Virus record (IMG/VR): IMGVR_UViG_3300030673_000004
Span: 248,001-312,000 of that record
DNA length: 64,000 bases
Reading direction: 5' to 3' (one strand)
Shown here: positions 20,016-30,203 of the stretch, one piece after another
Position numbering within the stretch: position 1 is the first letter of the stretch
How the letters are laid out: each line of letters begins with the position of its first letter
The notes under the pieces: generated by a model
Seen by the model: only the letters and a program-made list of their open reading frames with translations
Told to the model about the DNA's origin: nothing
Databases searched by the model: none
Program-made: the position numbers and the translations under genes

Positions 20016-20282
20016 ATGAGCAAGCTGAAAATGATCATCCGCGATGGACATGCTTACCTGAATAACGATAAAACCACTTTTGAGTGTGCATCGGGAACCT
20101 TGGATATTGTTGGTCCTGACGGCAGGTCGCTCTTTGATTTGACTATTCATGATGATGGGTCGCTGGAGATCAGTGCAAATTCCTGCGTTTGCGTCAACGA
20201 TACTCTCCTTGACGACGGAATCCTCGTGAAGCCACGTGCCGCCAATCACATCATCGTGCGTCGCGAAGTCTACGAAGGTTAA
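20016..20282 (+). CDS. early hypothetical protein
   Basis: ATG 20016 follows the cassette RBS. Confidence 0.8.
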   Translation: MSKLKMIIRDGHAYLNNDKTTFECASGTLDIVGPDGRSLFDLTIHDDGSLEISANSCVCVNDTLLDDGILVKPRAANHIIVRREVYEG

Positions 20283-20310
20283 CTGTTACAACTCAGAAAG
20301 GGGATTAATC

Positions 20311-20703
20311 ATGCCAGATACTTATGTGATTAAAAACGGTAAACTGTACAATCCAGCAACTAATGAATATGCCATTATCATTACTCGCGGATATGGCAGT
20401 GGTTGGTCCACGTACTGCCGTGATGACGAACGAGAACTTTCCAGGAAGCGCTTGTTCTCACCGGCATTAGCAAAGGCGCTTATTTGTGCAGACAGGCGTG
20501 CCGCTAAACGGGCCTTACTCAGGCTGGATACTGAATTTGGCCGTCATGGTGATTTGCGGTTTCGCGAGCAGATGCTGGAAGATCGTGTCAATAGCCTTTG
20601 TGTTGATTTTGTTAGTGCTGGGTGCATGGTAAAGGTTGAAGAGTATGATGGTAGAGAGACTTATAAGTGCATTCCCTGTGACAATATGCACTACGTCGGG
20701 TAG
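20311..20703 (+). CDS. conserved phage hypothetical protein
   Basis: GYGSGWST and VEEYDGRE motifs; start 20311. Confidence 0.7.
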   Translation: MPDTYVIKNGKLYNPATNEYAIIITRGYGSGWSTYCRDDERELSRKRLFSPALAKALICADRRAAKRALLRLDTEFGRHGDLRFREQMLEDRVNSLCVDFVSAGCMVKVEEYDGRETYKCIPCDNMHYVG

Positions 20704-20784
20704 GCAGACTGACAGAATTGATCCTCAAACACTTGACATGCAAACAAAAGTATACTACCTTATCAGAGTCACCTTTAAGGAGTT

Positions 20785-21729
20785 TTGATGTCAACGACGT
20801 ATGCCAATTTCTGCCAGCAACTTGAAGAGAATTTTGCACAGCATCATTTGTCAAGTAAATTGCATCGTGTTTTTCGTGACAGCCGATTCCCTAATAGATT
20901 TTTTATCCTGTCCGCCATCGGCCCTGGCTGTGGTGATAATAACTACCCGGTTATTAAAACTCTAGAATTACAAACACAGCAGTACATCCACAGTTGTTGG
21001 GGTGCTAGATTAAGTTCTGAGTACATCTATGTTGACCTAATAGAGACAACAAGCACAGAGATGATCATTGATGATATTGAAAATATCCCGGTAGATACAT
21101 TTTTGTCTCTAGACGATGCTGCTGTATTTCGTATTGAGCGCTCCTGTTCAGATACACAGCTACTGCAGCTTTTAACACACTTTGCTGATGAGTCTGGCAC
21201 AAAACTGATACATGTGACACGGGATAGCTTTGTGTTCTACGACACATCTGTAGCGTTATCGCCTACGTATTTATGCGCTAGTTCAGATAACCGACACACA
21301 AACGGGTCAAGAGCAAACGGGTATGCTCAAGGCATCTTAGGTACCCTTCTTGAAGAATTTACCGACTGTGCCAACATGATGGTACGTGCTAACATTATGG
21401 CTGCAACAGATGAACAACAGCCTCGCCACTGCTCAGGCATAGCAAGACTACCTTTGTTTACTCTTAGGATAGTACCACCTGAGCATTGGCGTCGTTTTAG
21501 CCCTGTTGTGTTTAACGCAAATTACAAGGAAACAGCCTCCTTTAATTGGCAGGTAGCAAATCTGCTAGCTTCTTATTTAACGGAACAAGAGCATATTACA
21601 CTTCTTCGTATCTTGCAGAAAGAGACGCAAGAACAACCAAGCCCAGAAATCCAAACACTGCTACAAAAAGTCTTTCCTACCTTTGCACCGGATTCGGGGC
21701 TATGCTGTCAACCGCCGATTCAAGCTTAG
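20785..21729 (+). CDS. paralog array A, member 1
   Basis: C-terminal VANLLASYLTEQEHITLL...QKVFP. Confidence 0.75.
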   Translation: MMSTTYANFCQQLEENFAQHHLSSKLHRVFRDSRFPNRFFILSAIGPGCGDNNYPVIKTLELQTQQYIHSCWGARLSSEYIYVDLIETTSTEMIIDDIENIPVDTFLSLDDAAVFRIERSCSDTQLLQLLTHFADESGTKLIHVTRDSFVFYDTSVALSPTYLCASSDNRHTNGSRANGYAQGILGTLLEEFTDCANMMVRANIMAATDEQQPRHCSGIARLPLFTLRIVPPEHWRRFSPVVFNANYKETASFNWQVANLLASYLTEQEHITLLRILQKETQEQPSPEIQTLLQKVFPTFAPDSGLCCQPPIQA

Positions 21730-21755
21730 TAATCTATACTTAGGAGCCATAGAAC

Positions 21756-22589
21756 GTGTCTCTTGCAACATCACTAAATACATTTAATGCCTTGGTCCTT
21801 AGATATGACCCACGCCATGTATTGTACCCTAAGACGGCTAAATGGGCTCCTATTGTTCGGTATATTTTTGCCCGACTAGAACAAAATCTTGGGGAAGCTG
21901 CACGTGATTACTGCGATTTTCGTGTATTCTTTCCGGGCAAAGAAACATGCAATGAGTGCCGTTCTGCCTCTACCCAGCACATGATTAGCAACAGATTCAT
22001 GCATGATAATAATCTCAACTGTGATAAGTATCACTTCTTAATCAGTCAACGAATTTCTGATACACCCGATACTTATATTGAAGAGTTAGCTCTTGCTGTT
22101 GTGCAGATATTTCATGAGTTTGCGGAGCACGCACGTCTATTCCAAAATAGTAGTTCACGCAGCCATATAATGTATACTACTCAACAGCTACAAGATGCCC
22201 AAAAGCTTCAGGATAAGCTGACAGATGTTACATATTTGATAAGACATCGGCGTTATACTACAGATATCTGGTTTAAGATACCAGCGAGTGTGCCGTCTAA
22301 GCTGTTTCGTTTTCTTTCTGCTATTTGTGATCCTAATGCAACAGAATTACCAACACCAGAGCAGCGCTGGAGTAGTCCCCGAAGTGAGTCTGAATTCGCA
22401 TATCCATTAGCTGAGTATTTGGCACGCAATGTCTCTGATGAGGAGCATCGTATTCTTTTAGAGGCTCTTGTTGCGTTCAAGGGGACTCTTGTTGCGTTCA
22501 CGGGGACACGCTCAAGGACTGCCAGGAGCGCCTATGCGACATGTGACACACTAATAAAAAAGATTTGCCCTCAAGGGGCGTCAGCTTAA
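21756..22589 (+). CDS. paralog array A, member 2
   Basis: LAEYLARNVSDEEHRILL...KKICP. Confidence 0.75.
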   Translation: MSLATSLNTFNALVLRYDPRHVLYPKTAKWAPIVRYIFARLEQNLGEAARDYCDFRVFFPGKETCNECRSASTQHMISNRFMHDNNLNCDKYHFLISQRISDTPDTYIEELALAVVQIFHEFAEHARLFQNSSSRSHIMYTTQQLQDAQKLQDKLTDVTYLIRHRRYTTDIWFKIPASVPSKLFRFLSAICDPNATELPTPEQRWSSPRSESEFAYPLAEYLARNVSDEEHRILLEALVAFKGTLVAFTGTRSRTARSAYATCDTLIKKICPQGASA

Positions 22590-22592
22590 ACC

Positions 22593-23561
22593 ATGCCATC
22601 ACTGCGAAACCAGATAAATAGTGACATATTGGATCTCAAGCATGCTATCAACGACATGCTTGAAGTTGAGGAATATCTTGATTCTGGCAGTGTCTCCATA
22701 CGCAACACAATATGTTATTGCCCTGCTGTTGATAATTTTACATTTGAGGATTCGGATTGTTTAGAGTTTCGAGCCGTTTTGCACATAACTTCATCCATGC
22801 GTTTGACTGGTGCTGTTATTGATAAAATAGCAAAGCTCGTCCATGCCAAACTTCCCTATCTTGCTGTACTGCTTCCAACAGTACTGGGTCCCACAAATAT
22901 TGAGATAAAACTTAGAGGATTCAGCTCAGAGAACACCCTACCTTTGATGGGTTTTTGGCTACCACCTCTGAATACTCTAGCAGACCAGCTACAACAAGAG
23001 ATTACAGACGCACAACTGGATGTAGACGTATGGGGTCTGGATAAATGTGTTGATTGTATTCAAGTTTATATAGCGTATGATCATAGCTATGATCAAGATC
23101 AGTTAACTGCTGTATTTGACGCATGCTTTGATTTATACGGCCATTCTTGTGGTATCACATATAGGCAACAACAGGTACGAGTAACTACAGAACAAGGTAA
23201 TCAAAAAGCCTCATCTATTGTTATGATCTATTATGGCTCTATAGATGACTATACAGGCGAGCGGCCTCTACTGTGGCCGTTAGATCCCATGCATTGGAAA
23301 AAACAAGGCTATGTGTACTCTGTCACAAACGGAGCAACCCCGGTTGATTTTGAATACGCGGACCGAACAGGGGCGTCTTATGAGGTAGCTGAGTACTTAG
23401 CTGACCATTTGGATAGAGACGAGCATATTCTCCTGGTTCAGGCTTTGGCTTTTGCTAAGTCACATACCCCAGCAGGGCTAGAACTAAAAATGCAACAGCT
23501 TATCGACAAAGTATGTCCACCTAGCCAACCGAGCAAACAGTTGACAACGACTCAAATTTAA
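22593..23561 (+). CDS. paralog array A, member 3
   Basis: VAEYLADHLDRDEHILLV...DKVCP. Confidence 0.75.
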   Translation: MPSLRNQINSDILDLKHAINDMLEVEEYLDSGSVSIRNTICYCPAVDNFTFEDSDCLEFRAVLHITSSMRLTGAVIDKIAKLVHAKLPYLAVLLPTVLGPTNIEIKLRGFSSENTLPLMGFWLPPLNTLADQLQQEITDAQLDVDVWGLDKCVDCIQVYIAYDHSYDQDQLTAVFDACFDLYGHSCGITYRQQQVRVTTEQGNQKASSIVMIYYGSIDDYTGERPLLWPLDPMHWKKQGYVYSVTNGATPVDFEYADRTGASYEVAEYLADHLDRDEHILLVQALAFAKSHTPAGLELKMQQLIDKVCPPSQPSKQLTTTQI

Positions 23562-23569
23562 TGTATCTT
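23541..23569 (+). promoter_or_regulatory. sigma70-type promoter
   Basis: TTGACA-17-TATCTT with TTAATG. Confidence 0.75.
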
Positions 23570-23588
23570 TCCAATTAAAGGGGATACC

Positions 23589-24323
23589 GTGCCTATAACG
23601 TTACAGGACATTAACAAAGTACGCCTTGAGTTGGATGATGAAGTACCTGATTGTATTCTTCGCTGGGCGTTGCATGTAATTGAAGACATAAGTTACGCTC
23701 TAGGGATGTCTTTTACTGTTTCCTTAACCCGAAAATCGTTTGATGACCTAGAATTCAAGCTAGATGCAGACTTTACAGCAGTTTCTACTCAAACACTCTT
23801 GACGACGATTGAAAGAACGCCGGGGTATAGTCCTCTCCTACCGGGGGTTATTAACAGCACATACACTAACAGTCACATCCTGCTCCGGTTTTATACATAT
23901 ACGACATGGCAGGCTTTAGCAACTAACCAAGAGCTTATCCCCTTTGCAGAGCGCCGGTTACAAGCAGAGTTACAGCCAGAAACGGACACACAAAAGACAG
24001 TATTTAATTTAGCAGAAGCCTTGGCATCAGATCTTACACTTGACGAGCATAAAGCCCTGATGCTACTGATACCCCATTCTGTAAGTACCTGCTTAGAGAG
24101 ACTACGTCGCGCTACACTTCAGCGTGAGTCGGCCCAGTATCGTAATCTAGCCGTTGTAGCTCGGTCAGCGGAGACGATGGTACAAGAAGAGACTACGTGG
24201 CTATCTGAGAATTTTGATAGTCTACAGTCTGTGTATGAAAAAATAGTACCAGGCTCGCAAGAACCACCTGTTTTCGCAGTTGCTAGAAGTGTACTGGCAC
24301 GTACAGCACAGGCGGCAGTATGA
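23589..24323 (+). CDS. paralog array A, member 4
   Basis: LAEALASDLTLDEHKALM...EKIVP. Confidence 0.75.
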   Translation: MPITLQDINKVRLELDDEVPDCILRWALHVIEDISYALGMSFTVSLTRKSFDDLEFKLDADFTAVSTQTLLTTIERTPGYSPLLPGVINSTYTNSHILLRFYTYTTWQALATNQELIPFAERRLQAELQPETDTQKTVFNLAEALASDLTLDEHKALMLLIPHSVSTCLERLRRATLQRESAQYRNLAVVARSAETMVQEETTWLSENFDSLQSVYEKIVPGSQEPPVFAVARSVLARTAQAAV

Positions 24324-25375
24324 GCGCGAACAAAGAATCTTTTAGACAGGCACTGGCGGAGACGCAAAATATTCATGATGAGACAATGCACATGTATCGC
24401 TGTTTTGTCCTGCATGCCTTGTATGATGTCTATGAGACAGACCCGCGATTAGAGAGTATGAATCTGAGCGTATCTGTCACGGGACAAATACTATCAGATA
24501 CCTGTTCAATAACATTAAGAATAATTGATGATTCCCTAGGTCCTGTTCAACTTGCTTTGCAACCTAGTGTTGGCCTACACGTTGCACATAGACTAAACAT
24601 GATCACAGACCCAGATATCCGGGTTCGTGTACAAACACAAAGAGCTACATTCGTAGCTACCTTGACTACATGCGCCTTTTATCGAATCATGGGGCATCAG
24701 CACGTTAAAGACTACTGTAACGAATTAGTTACTTTGTTAGCAGATACACAAGATAGTAACCCTGTCGCAAGGGAGTCCTGTCTTGAAGTAGCGTTACAGC
24801 AGATTCCAGCAGAAATCCTATTTGCTGAGGCTCTAGCTCGAACAATTACACTGGAAGAGCATAAAACACTCATAGGTTCATTAGATCTCTGTAAAGCTCT
24901 TTTAGATATCTGTGTTCGTGAGCAGGGAGTTGTTACATTTAATACAAGCGTAGAACACCGCACTAGATGTGCAGAGGTGATAAAGACGCTAGATACCATT
25001 CGGGCAAAAGTAGCACCTAATTTAGATGTGACGGACGTAGTACATCCTGTGGATTCTGCTATTCTAATAGAGTCCTCACTGCCTGTGCAGCCTCAGCCAT
25101 CTAACGGAACAGGCTTGCTAGCTCAGATAGATAGAGAAGTTTTGGCCGACTTGCGTGCAGCAGCAGAAAACAGGCAAGCTCAAACACCGGGAGATACTAT
25201 TGACATTGCATTACCAGATTTAGATGAGCTACCTGTCGCAGAAGCTAGGCAAGAATGTTCCGTAGCTGAAACTGATAATGCTTCTGATTGTAGCTTTACA
25301 GATTACCGAAGATTTCAAGAGCGTATCCGTGCATACCTTGGACACTTCCTAAGGAGATCAAATGAATCCCATTGA
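24320..25375 (+). CDS. paralog array A, member 5
   Basis: FAEALARTITLEEHKTLI...AKVAP. Confidence 0.75.
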   Translation: MSANKESFRQALAETQNIHDETMHMYRCFVLHALYDVYETDPRLESMNLSVSVTGQILSDTCSITLRIIDDSLGPVQLALQPSVGLHVAHRLNMITDPDIRVRVQTQRATFVATLTTCAFYRIMGHQHVKDYCNELVTLLADTQDSNPVARESCLEVALQQIPAEILFAEALARTITLEEHKTLIGSLDLCKALLDICVREQGVVTFNTSVEHRTRCAEVIKTLDTIRAKVAPNLDVTDVVHPVDSAILIESSLPVQPQPSNGTGLLAQIDREVLADLRAAAENRQAQTPGDTIDIALPDLDELPVAEARQECSVAETDNASDCSFTDYRRFQERIRAYLGHFLRRSNESH

Positions 25376-25586
25376 TGCTTGGAAAGTTTTTTCTAATCTG
25401 GAGGACTACCGTGTGAAATTAAACTCACCGCTAGACTGCCATAAGTGCTTCAACGAAGCCAAGGTTCCTGTTGTTTTCATGCTCGTCTGTCCTATTTGCG
25501 GTAATAAAAGATGTCCCCATGCAAGTGATCATACTCTTGCTTGTACAGGCAGTAATGAACCAAACCAACCAGGAAGTGTTTACTGA
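25362..25586 (+). CDS. small Cys/His-rich phage protein, likely zinc-binding
   Basis: CHKC...CPICGNKRCPHASDH..ACTGSNEP.QPGS.Y. Confidence 0.75.
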   Translation: MNPIDAWKVFSNLEDYRVKLNSPLDCHKCFNEAKVPVVFMLVCPICGNKRCPHASDHTLACTGSNEPNQPGSVY

Positions 25587-26149
25587 TGTCACAACATATC
25601 AAAGCTGTTCGTATTGTCCGTGGTGCTTTTACAGCAAAAGAGTATCCCTTAATTTCATCTATACACAATCATGCTGTCCTAATCAGCAGTCGTTTGGCAG
25701 CACCACCAAATAACAAGGTAGAGTTGGATAAAGAAACTTGGTGGATTTTTTCTAGAAACCACAAAGACTACATCAGGTATAAGGTTCCCTATACTGCAGT
25801 AGATGCTGCTCCGTTTTATCGCTTAGGAATCTTTGTAGATGACCCCGACTATGATATTGCCCAGGACCCTGTTTTTACAGAGTTACAAAGTTTTTTGCGC
25901 TATGTTGCACATATCAAACATATGGATATAGCAGAACACTCACGCATCTATCGCGATTCCCTAAACAGATTGAAGGAACTTAGCGATATCAATAGAACTC
26001 AAACTGATATGCTTGATGAAATTGATACATTCTTACCATCCGTAGGTAGCGGGCCAAAGACAGAACGGCAGCAAATAACTGTTCAGGAAAGAACTCAACA
26101 TCTGCAGGAGCTAGTAGATTGTTTGAGCGCTATGGATGATGCCGTATGA
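25586..26149 (+). CDS. hypothetical protein
   Basis: TGATG coupling. Confidence 0.7.
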   Translation: MSQHIKAVRIVRGAFTAKEYPLISSIHNHAVLISSRLAAPPNNKVELDKETWWIFSRNHKDYIRYKVPYTAVDAAPFYRLGIFVDDPDYDIAQDPVFTELQSFLRYVAHIKHMDIAEHSRIYRDSLNRLKELSDINRTQTDMLDEIDTFLPSVGSGPKTERQQITVQERTQHLQELVDCLSAMDDAV

Positions 26150-26457
26150 AAATTCTAGGCTATGATATCAACCCCGATGGTTGCGATAGTGCTACATGTT
26201 TTGTTAAGCACAGGCAACTAGATGGTGCAGATAAACCCTGTACGTGTTTGCCTCATGTAGATGTCGCTACTCGTAAAAAGATCATCACACGCTTAAACAA
26301 CTACAGATCGTTAGACGACGAGTCTCTGCCTATTCCGCAGGATGGGCAGATTGCCTGGACATCTACATGTCCTATTTGTGGCAACTCTGTGTGGAATGTT
26401 CCCGGTGCTGGTCATATCTGCGATACGCCAAACTGCCCTCACTCAAATATAGGCTAA
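26146..26457 (+). CDS. Cys-rich hypothetical protein (zinc ribbon)
   Basis: CPICG...HICDTPNC. Confidence 0.65.
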   Translation: MKILGYDINPDGCDSATCFVKHRQLDGADKPCTCLPHVDVATRKKIITRLNNYRSLDDESLPIPQDGQIAWTSTCPICGNSVWNVPGAGHICDTPNCPHSNIG

Positions 26458-26459
26458 CT

Positions 26460-26753
26460 ATGCAAAAATGGATATCAGCGTGTATACAGGCTATCAAAGA
26501 TAGTTTACATAGCATCTTCGGAATAGGTTCGCACGAGTTTAACGAAGATGCTACATTTACAAATGATTTACGCTGGCGTTTTTGTGAACGTCCTGGCTGC
26601 TACCGCATTGAAGTTACTACAGATCCAGTAGAACACCAAAACCCAACTTGGTTAGAACGTGAGGCTGGGATTCGTAAACTACGTCTAATTGAGTCTGAGA
26701 TGCGCCGAGAAATGAGCAAAAAAGACCTTGTAAAAACACCCAAAATGCTGTAA
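26460..26753 (+). CDS. hypothetical protein
   Basis: ATG 26460 follows the upstream stop. Confidence 0.6.
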   Translation: MQKWISACIQAIKDSLHSIFGIGSHEFNEDATFTNDLRWRFCERPGCYRIEVTTDPVEHQNPTWLEREAGIRKLRLIESEMRREMSKKDLVKTPKML

Positions 26754-26762
26754 TTTTCTACA

Positions 26763-26957
26763 ATGCTTTTTACGCACCTAAAAGAATTCTTGGTGGCACG
26801 ACAGCACATGGACCCAAGAGAGCTAGAGTTTCTGTCACTCAAGCATGCTCATGAGCGTGGCATTGTTTGGTTTGCTATTCATGCAACACAGACTCTTTTA
26901 GTTATTGGGCTTGTTGTTGTTGTCATTTTCAATGTTTTTCGCGTAATACTGCGCTAA
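26763..26957 (+). CDS. small membrane protein
   Basis: C-terminal hydrophobic segment. Confidence 0.55.
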   Translation: MLFTHLKEFLVARQHMDPRELEFLSLKHAHERGIVWFAIHATQTLLVIGLVVVVIFNVFRVILR

Positions 26958-26965
26958 AGGATTTC

Positions 26966-27265
26966 ATGGCTACCAAAATATACTCGGAGTGGAACCACAG
27001 CAGATTTAGCTGTTGGTGGAACATCAATCTAGAGCATCAAAAAGAACAGCAGCTTTTGCATATTCGTGTATATCCGGATGAGGGTGAAGGTCGAACATAC
27101 CAGGAAATTATGACACAGAGTTCAGCCCGATGTGCTCAAGATGTTGTAAATCTAGGATCATCCATGCCGAGAACATTTCCAACACCAGACCAGCAGTGTA
27201 ATGAGCTGGCAGCTTACATGGATGAGTTTGTACGTGACGTTGATTCTGCCTATACCTCGGCTTAA
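26966..27265 (+). CDS. hypothetical protein
   Basis: AAGGA RBS before ATG 26966. Confidence 0.65.
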   Translation: MATKIYSEWNHSRFSCWWNINLEHQKEQQLLHIRVYPDEGEGRTYQEIMTQSSARCAQDVVNLGSSMPRTFPTPDQQCNELAAYMDEFVRDVDSAYTSA

Positions 27266-27289
27266 TCTATATTTTCACATATTGAGGAC

Positions 27290-27532
27290 TTGATGGCTAA
27301 GAAAAAATTCGGTGTATCCTATGTCTGTGGCACAGATCACAGGCTTGTTGTCAGTGCCTGCGGGTGGTTTACAATGGTTTGTGACATTGAAGAACCACAA
27401 AGCCTCCCTACCGAGGAGCAACTGGCCAGCGCATTAGCGTCGGCTAAGCAACAATACGGATGTGATTCAATTGTCCCTTTGGGTATATTCCCCTTGGCTA
27501 TCTCTCCCGAGACGGAGCACCGTGCCGAATAA
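27290..27532 (+). CDS. hypothetical protein
   Basis: GAGGA RBS. Confidence 0.65.
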   Translation: MMAKKKFGVSYVCGTDHRLVVSACGWFTMVCDIEEPQSLPTEEQLASALASAKQQYGCDSIVPLGIFPLAISPETEHRAE

Positions 27533-28262
27533 GGATACATTACAACTGCTGCCCTTTTTAGGAGATATGACTAATTTTCGCAGATGGTCTCCATATGTTG
27601 ATGACCTTCTTGACATAAGTATCATTAACTTAGATTTTATTGATCTCACCGCTACCGGTGCCTTGATACCCTATGATCTAATCTTCGAGCCTACAGTACC
27701 ACCACCATCTATGACCTATAGCCCAAGTAAACTGCTTTGTCATACTGGTACTATGCTTACATATGATAACCCTATGGCCAGAGAGCGATTCATTGCAGCT
27801 ATTATGCATGATGTGTGCCGCCCTAGTGCAGAACAAGTAGCCAAGGAGCAGATAGAAATTCTTATTCGTAGACAAGTGAGAGATCTATCCGGATCGTATG
27901 ATCTGTTGATGTCTCAAGCTTCCAAAATACGAAAAGATTTAGATACTAAAGATAATACCCAAAGGCATATACACGAAATAAATATACGACGAGAAAATAC
28001 CAGTGATATATTGCTCGGATCTAAATCAGCCATAAGCACACGTTTGCACTTAATACACATAATTGCTTATACGCATGCACGCGATATGCTTAAAGCCCGT
28101 GTCTCCGGGCATGGCTATTGGGAGGATGATGTTACACCCTTGCCAAACCGTCCTCTTTTACATATCATAAGTAAAGATCGTGGCACATCTGCTGTAGACA
28201 TGGCATATACGTGGTATGTGACAGCCTATAAAGGTCTTGCTTACTCTATAGCGCAACTCTAA
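27522..28262 (+). CDS. hypothetical protein
   Basis: GGAG before GTG 27522. Confidence 0.65.
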   Translation: MPNKDTLQLLPFLGDMTNFRRWSPYVDDLLDISIINLDFIDLTATGALIPYDLIFEPTVPPPSMTYSPSKLLCHTGTMLTYDNPMARERFIAAIMHDVCRPSAEQVAKEQIEILIRRQVRDLSGSYDLLMSQASKIRKDLDTKDNTQRHIHEINIRRENTSDILLGSKSAISTRLHLIHIIAYTHARDMLKARVSGHGYWEDDVTPLPNRPLLHIISKDRGTSAVDMAYTWYVTAYKGLAYSIAQL

Positions 28263-28278
28263 ACTGACTAGGAAACAC

Positions 28279-28767
28279 ATGGGTGACATTGTCCTTAAAG
28301 AACGAGCTAGTACACGCCCAATCAGTCAGGTAGAGGCTGTCACGCTAGCACCAAAGCAATCTACGTCACCGACACGCCTAGAGTTGCGTGCTCGTCAGCT
28401 AAAAGAGCACCCAGATCAGGTTGTAACGCCTATGCGTAGAGAACGTCGTCGCAGAGAGAGCATCAGCGACGTAATTAGAGCACCTCAAAATTTCACTCTA
28501 CACATGGTAGAGGCGTGCGACACAGCAGCGCCAGTAGACGTAGACTTAGACTTAGACTTAGACGTGACTGACAATACTAACCCCGTTTGTGAGGCAGAAG
28601 CCTGTGAGCAGACTAATGGAGAAGATGCAGATGTAACCGTTAGTGAAAATACAGCACAAGGCTGCGAGAGCACTGGAGAATTCTGTGAGGATCCACGTTC
28701 ATCACCCAGCAGACTTACTTCTGTAACTGGGGCTGCTGCAAATACCGTTGCGTGGTCTACTTTGTAG
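28279..28767 (+). CDS. hypothetical low-complexity protein
   Basis: AGGA RBS; tandem GACTTA repeat encodes DLDLDL. Confidence 0.65.
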   Translation: MGDIVLKERASTRPISQVEAVTLAPKQSTSPTRLELRARQLKEHPDQVVTPMRRERRRRESISDVIRAPQNFTLHMVEACDTAAPVDVDLDLDLDVTDNTNPVCEAEACEQTNGEDADVTVSENTAQGCESTGEFCEDPRSSPSRLTSVTGAAANTVAWSTL

Positions 28768-28839
28768 GGAGCACAGACAGCATCGGCAGTAATCCAAAAT
28801 ATCACTGCCATACGAAACTATTTTGGAACTACCTAGCCT

Positions 28840-29034
28840 ATGTCAAGGACTACCGTAGTTTCTCTGCTAAGTGAGCAAATAGAACTACCCCAGGAGTTAA
28901 GCCCGTGTAGTAGCTATGTCCAGATTGAACAACCTGAAGAAGCTTTATTATTCAATACAGTAAATTTATCTAGTACATATATTAGCTACTTTAGTACCGC
29001 AGGTTACTCATTCCACGGAGCACTGAGTTCTTAA
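28840..29034 (+). CDS. motif array B, member 1
   Basis: N-terminal SLLSEQIELP. Confidence 0.6.
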   Translation: MSRTTVVSLLSEQIELPQELSPCSSYVQIEQPEEALLFNTVNLSSTYISYFSTAGYSFHGALSS

Positions 29035-29333
29035 TGTCAAAACGAGTTAATAGCAATACATTTTTAGGAATGCTTATTGACCCCTCATTAGCTTGCGATG
29101 TAAGCAACGATACAGAAAGGCACACGACTGAACATGTCGAGCGTCTCAGGGGACAAACAGCACACGTTGTTATGGCTGACGAGTTTAGTTGGGTTGATGA
29201 CTGTGCAGCATTTAGCGGTATTCGTGACGAACCTGTAGAAGAGTCTGTGATGCACCACCAAGAAACGCAAGCCGACCTGGATCGTTTCTACCAAATCATA
29301 TCACAATACTTTTCAAGGCAAACTCGCACATGA
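29034..29333 (+). CDS. motif array B, member 2
   Basis: TFLGMLIDPS; TAATG coupling. Confidence 0.65.
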   Translation: MSKRVNSNTFLGMLIDPSLACDVSNDTERHTTEHVERLRGQTAHVVMADEFSWVDDCAAFSGIRDEPVEESVMHHQETQADLDRFYQIISQYFSRQTRT

Positions 29334-29527
29334 AACTATCGACCACAAAATTACTAGGTATCCTACTAGTACCACATGAAGAAACGAATGAAGAAACGAA
29401 TGAAGTCTTTGACAGGATACGTGCTACATCAGCAACTCCAACTACTTGGGAGGAGCTACGGAGTATGTTTGTTAGGACAGAAGCTGTTCCACGCTTTATT
29501 ACTATTACAGGGGATTATCACAGATAA
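29330..29527 (+). CDS. motif array B, member 3
   Basis: KLLGILLVP; ATGA coupling. Confidence 0.6.
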   Translation: MKLSTTKLLGILLVPHEETNEETNEVFDRIRATSATPTTWEELRSMFVRTEAVPRFITITGDYHR

Positions 29528-29901
29528 TGGGTTGTAATTGCTTGCTTACTGTAAAGATAGATCCACCCGAAGTATTCAATACAATTAATACTATCTTACA
29601 GTGCATGCATGTAGAAAAAAATAGCAGGGAAGAACTAGAATTGCACTCTATCTTAAGTGCAACATCGTTTGGTGTCGTTGTAAAATTAGATGATACATTC
29701 GATTATATCGTATCACCAGGTAGTTCTATAGACGAGATACGTAAGGCTTTGCACAATTTCAAGTCCTCGTTAACATCAGATATAACGTTACGTTCGTATC
29801 CGACACTAAAAGAACTACTTCATATACTTAGTTCAGCAGAACAACTTACGACATGTTCCTGGACTACAGATTTTATACCTACTGAAGAATCTTACGCATA
29901 A
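29527..29901 (+). CDS. motif array B, member 4
   Basis: CLLTVKIDPP; TAATG coupling. Confidence 0.65.
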   Translation: MGCNCLLTVKIDPPEVFNTINTILQCMHVEKNSREELELHSILSATSFGVVVKLDDTFDYIVSPGSSIDEIRKALHNFKSSLTSDITLRSYPTLKELLHILSSAEQLTTCSWTTDFIPTEESYA

Positions 29902-30203
29902 TGCTGCGACCCTCGGTTCACAATCTACTGTCAGTTACAATAGATCTACCACCTATTGAACAGCCTGTAGAAGAACCTGCAGGTGCTTTCAGTATAAATT
30001 CTCGTGGACAGTTCACATATGACCCAAGCGTAATAACAGAATATACAACAGGATCAAACTCCCTAACAGCACCCACTAATATACCATACAATGTAGTAAC
30101 CTGCGATCCTGATATTCTAACCTATGCATATAATCAAGCATTATATGAATTAACGCGCACGGGAGATATGACTTTTTGGGGTAGGACGACAACGGGTGTC
30201 TAA
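29901..30203 (+). CDS. motif array B, member 5
   Basis: NLLSVTIDLP; TAATG coupling. Confidence 0.65.
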   Translation: MLRPSVHNLLSVTIDLPPIEQPVEEPAGAFSINSRGQFTYDPSVITEYTTGSNSLTAPTNIPYNVVTCDPDILTYAYNQALYELTRTGDMTFWGRTTTGV

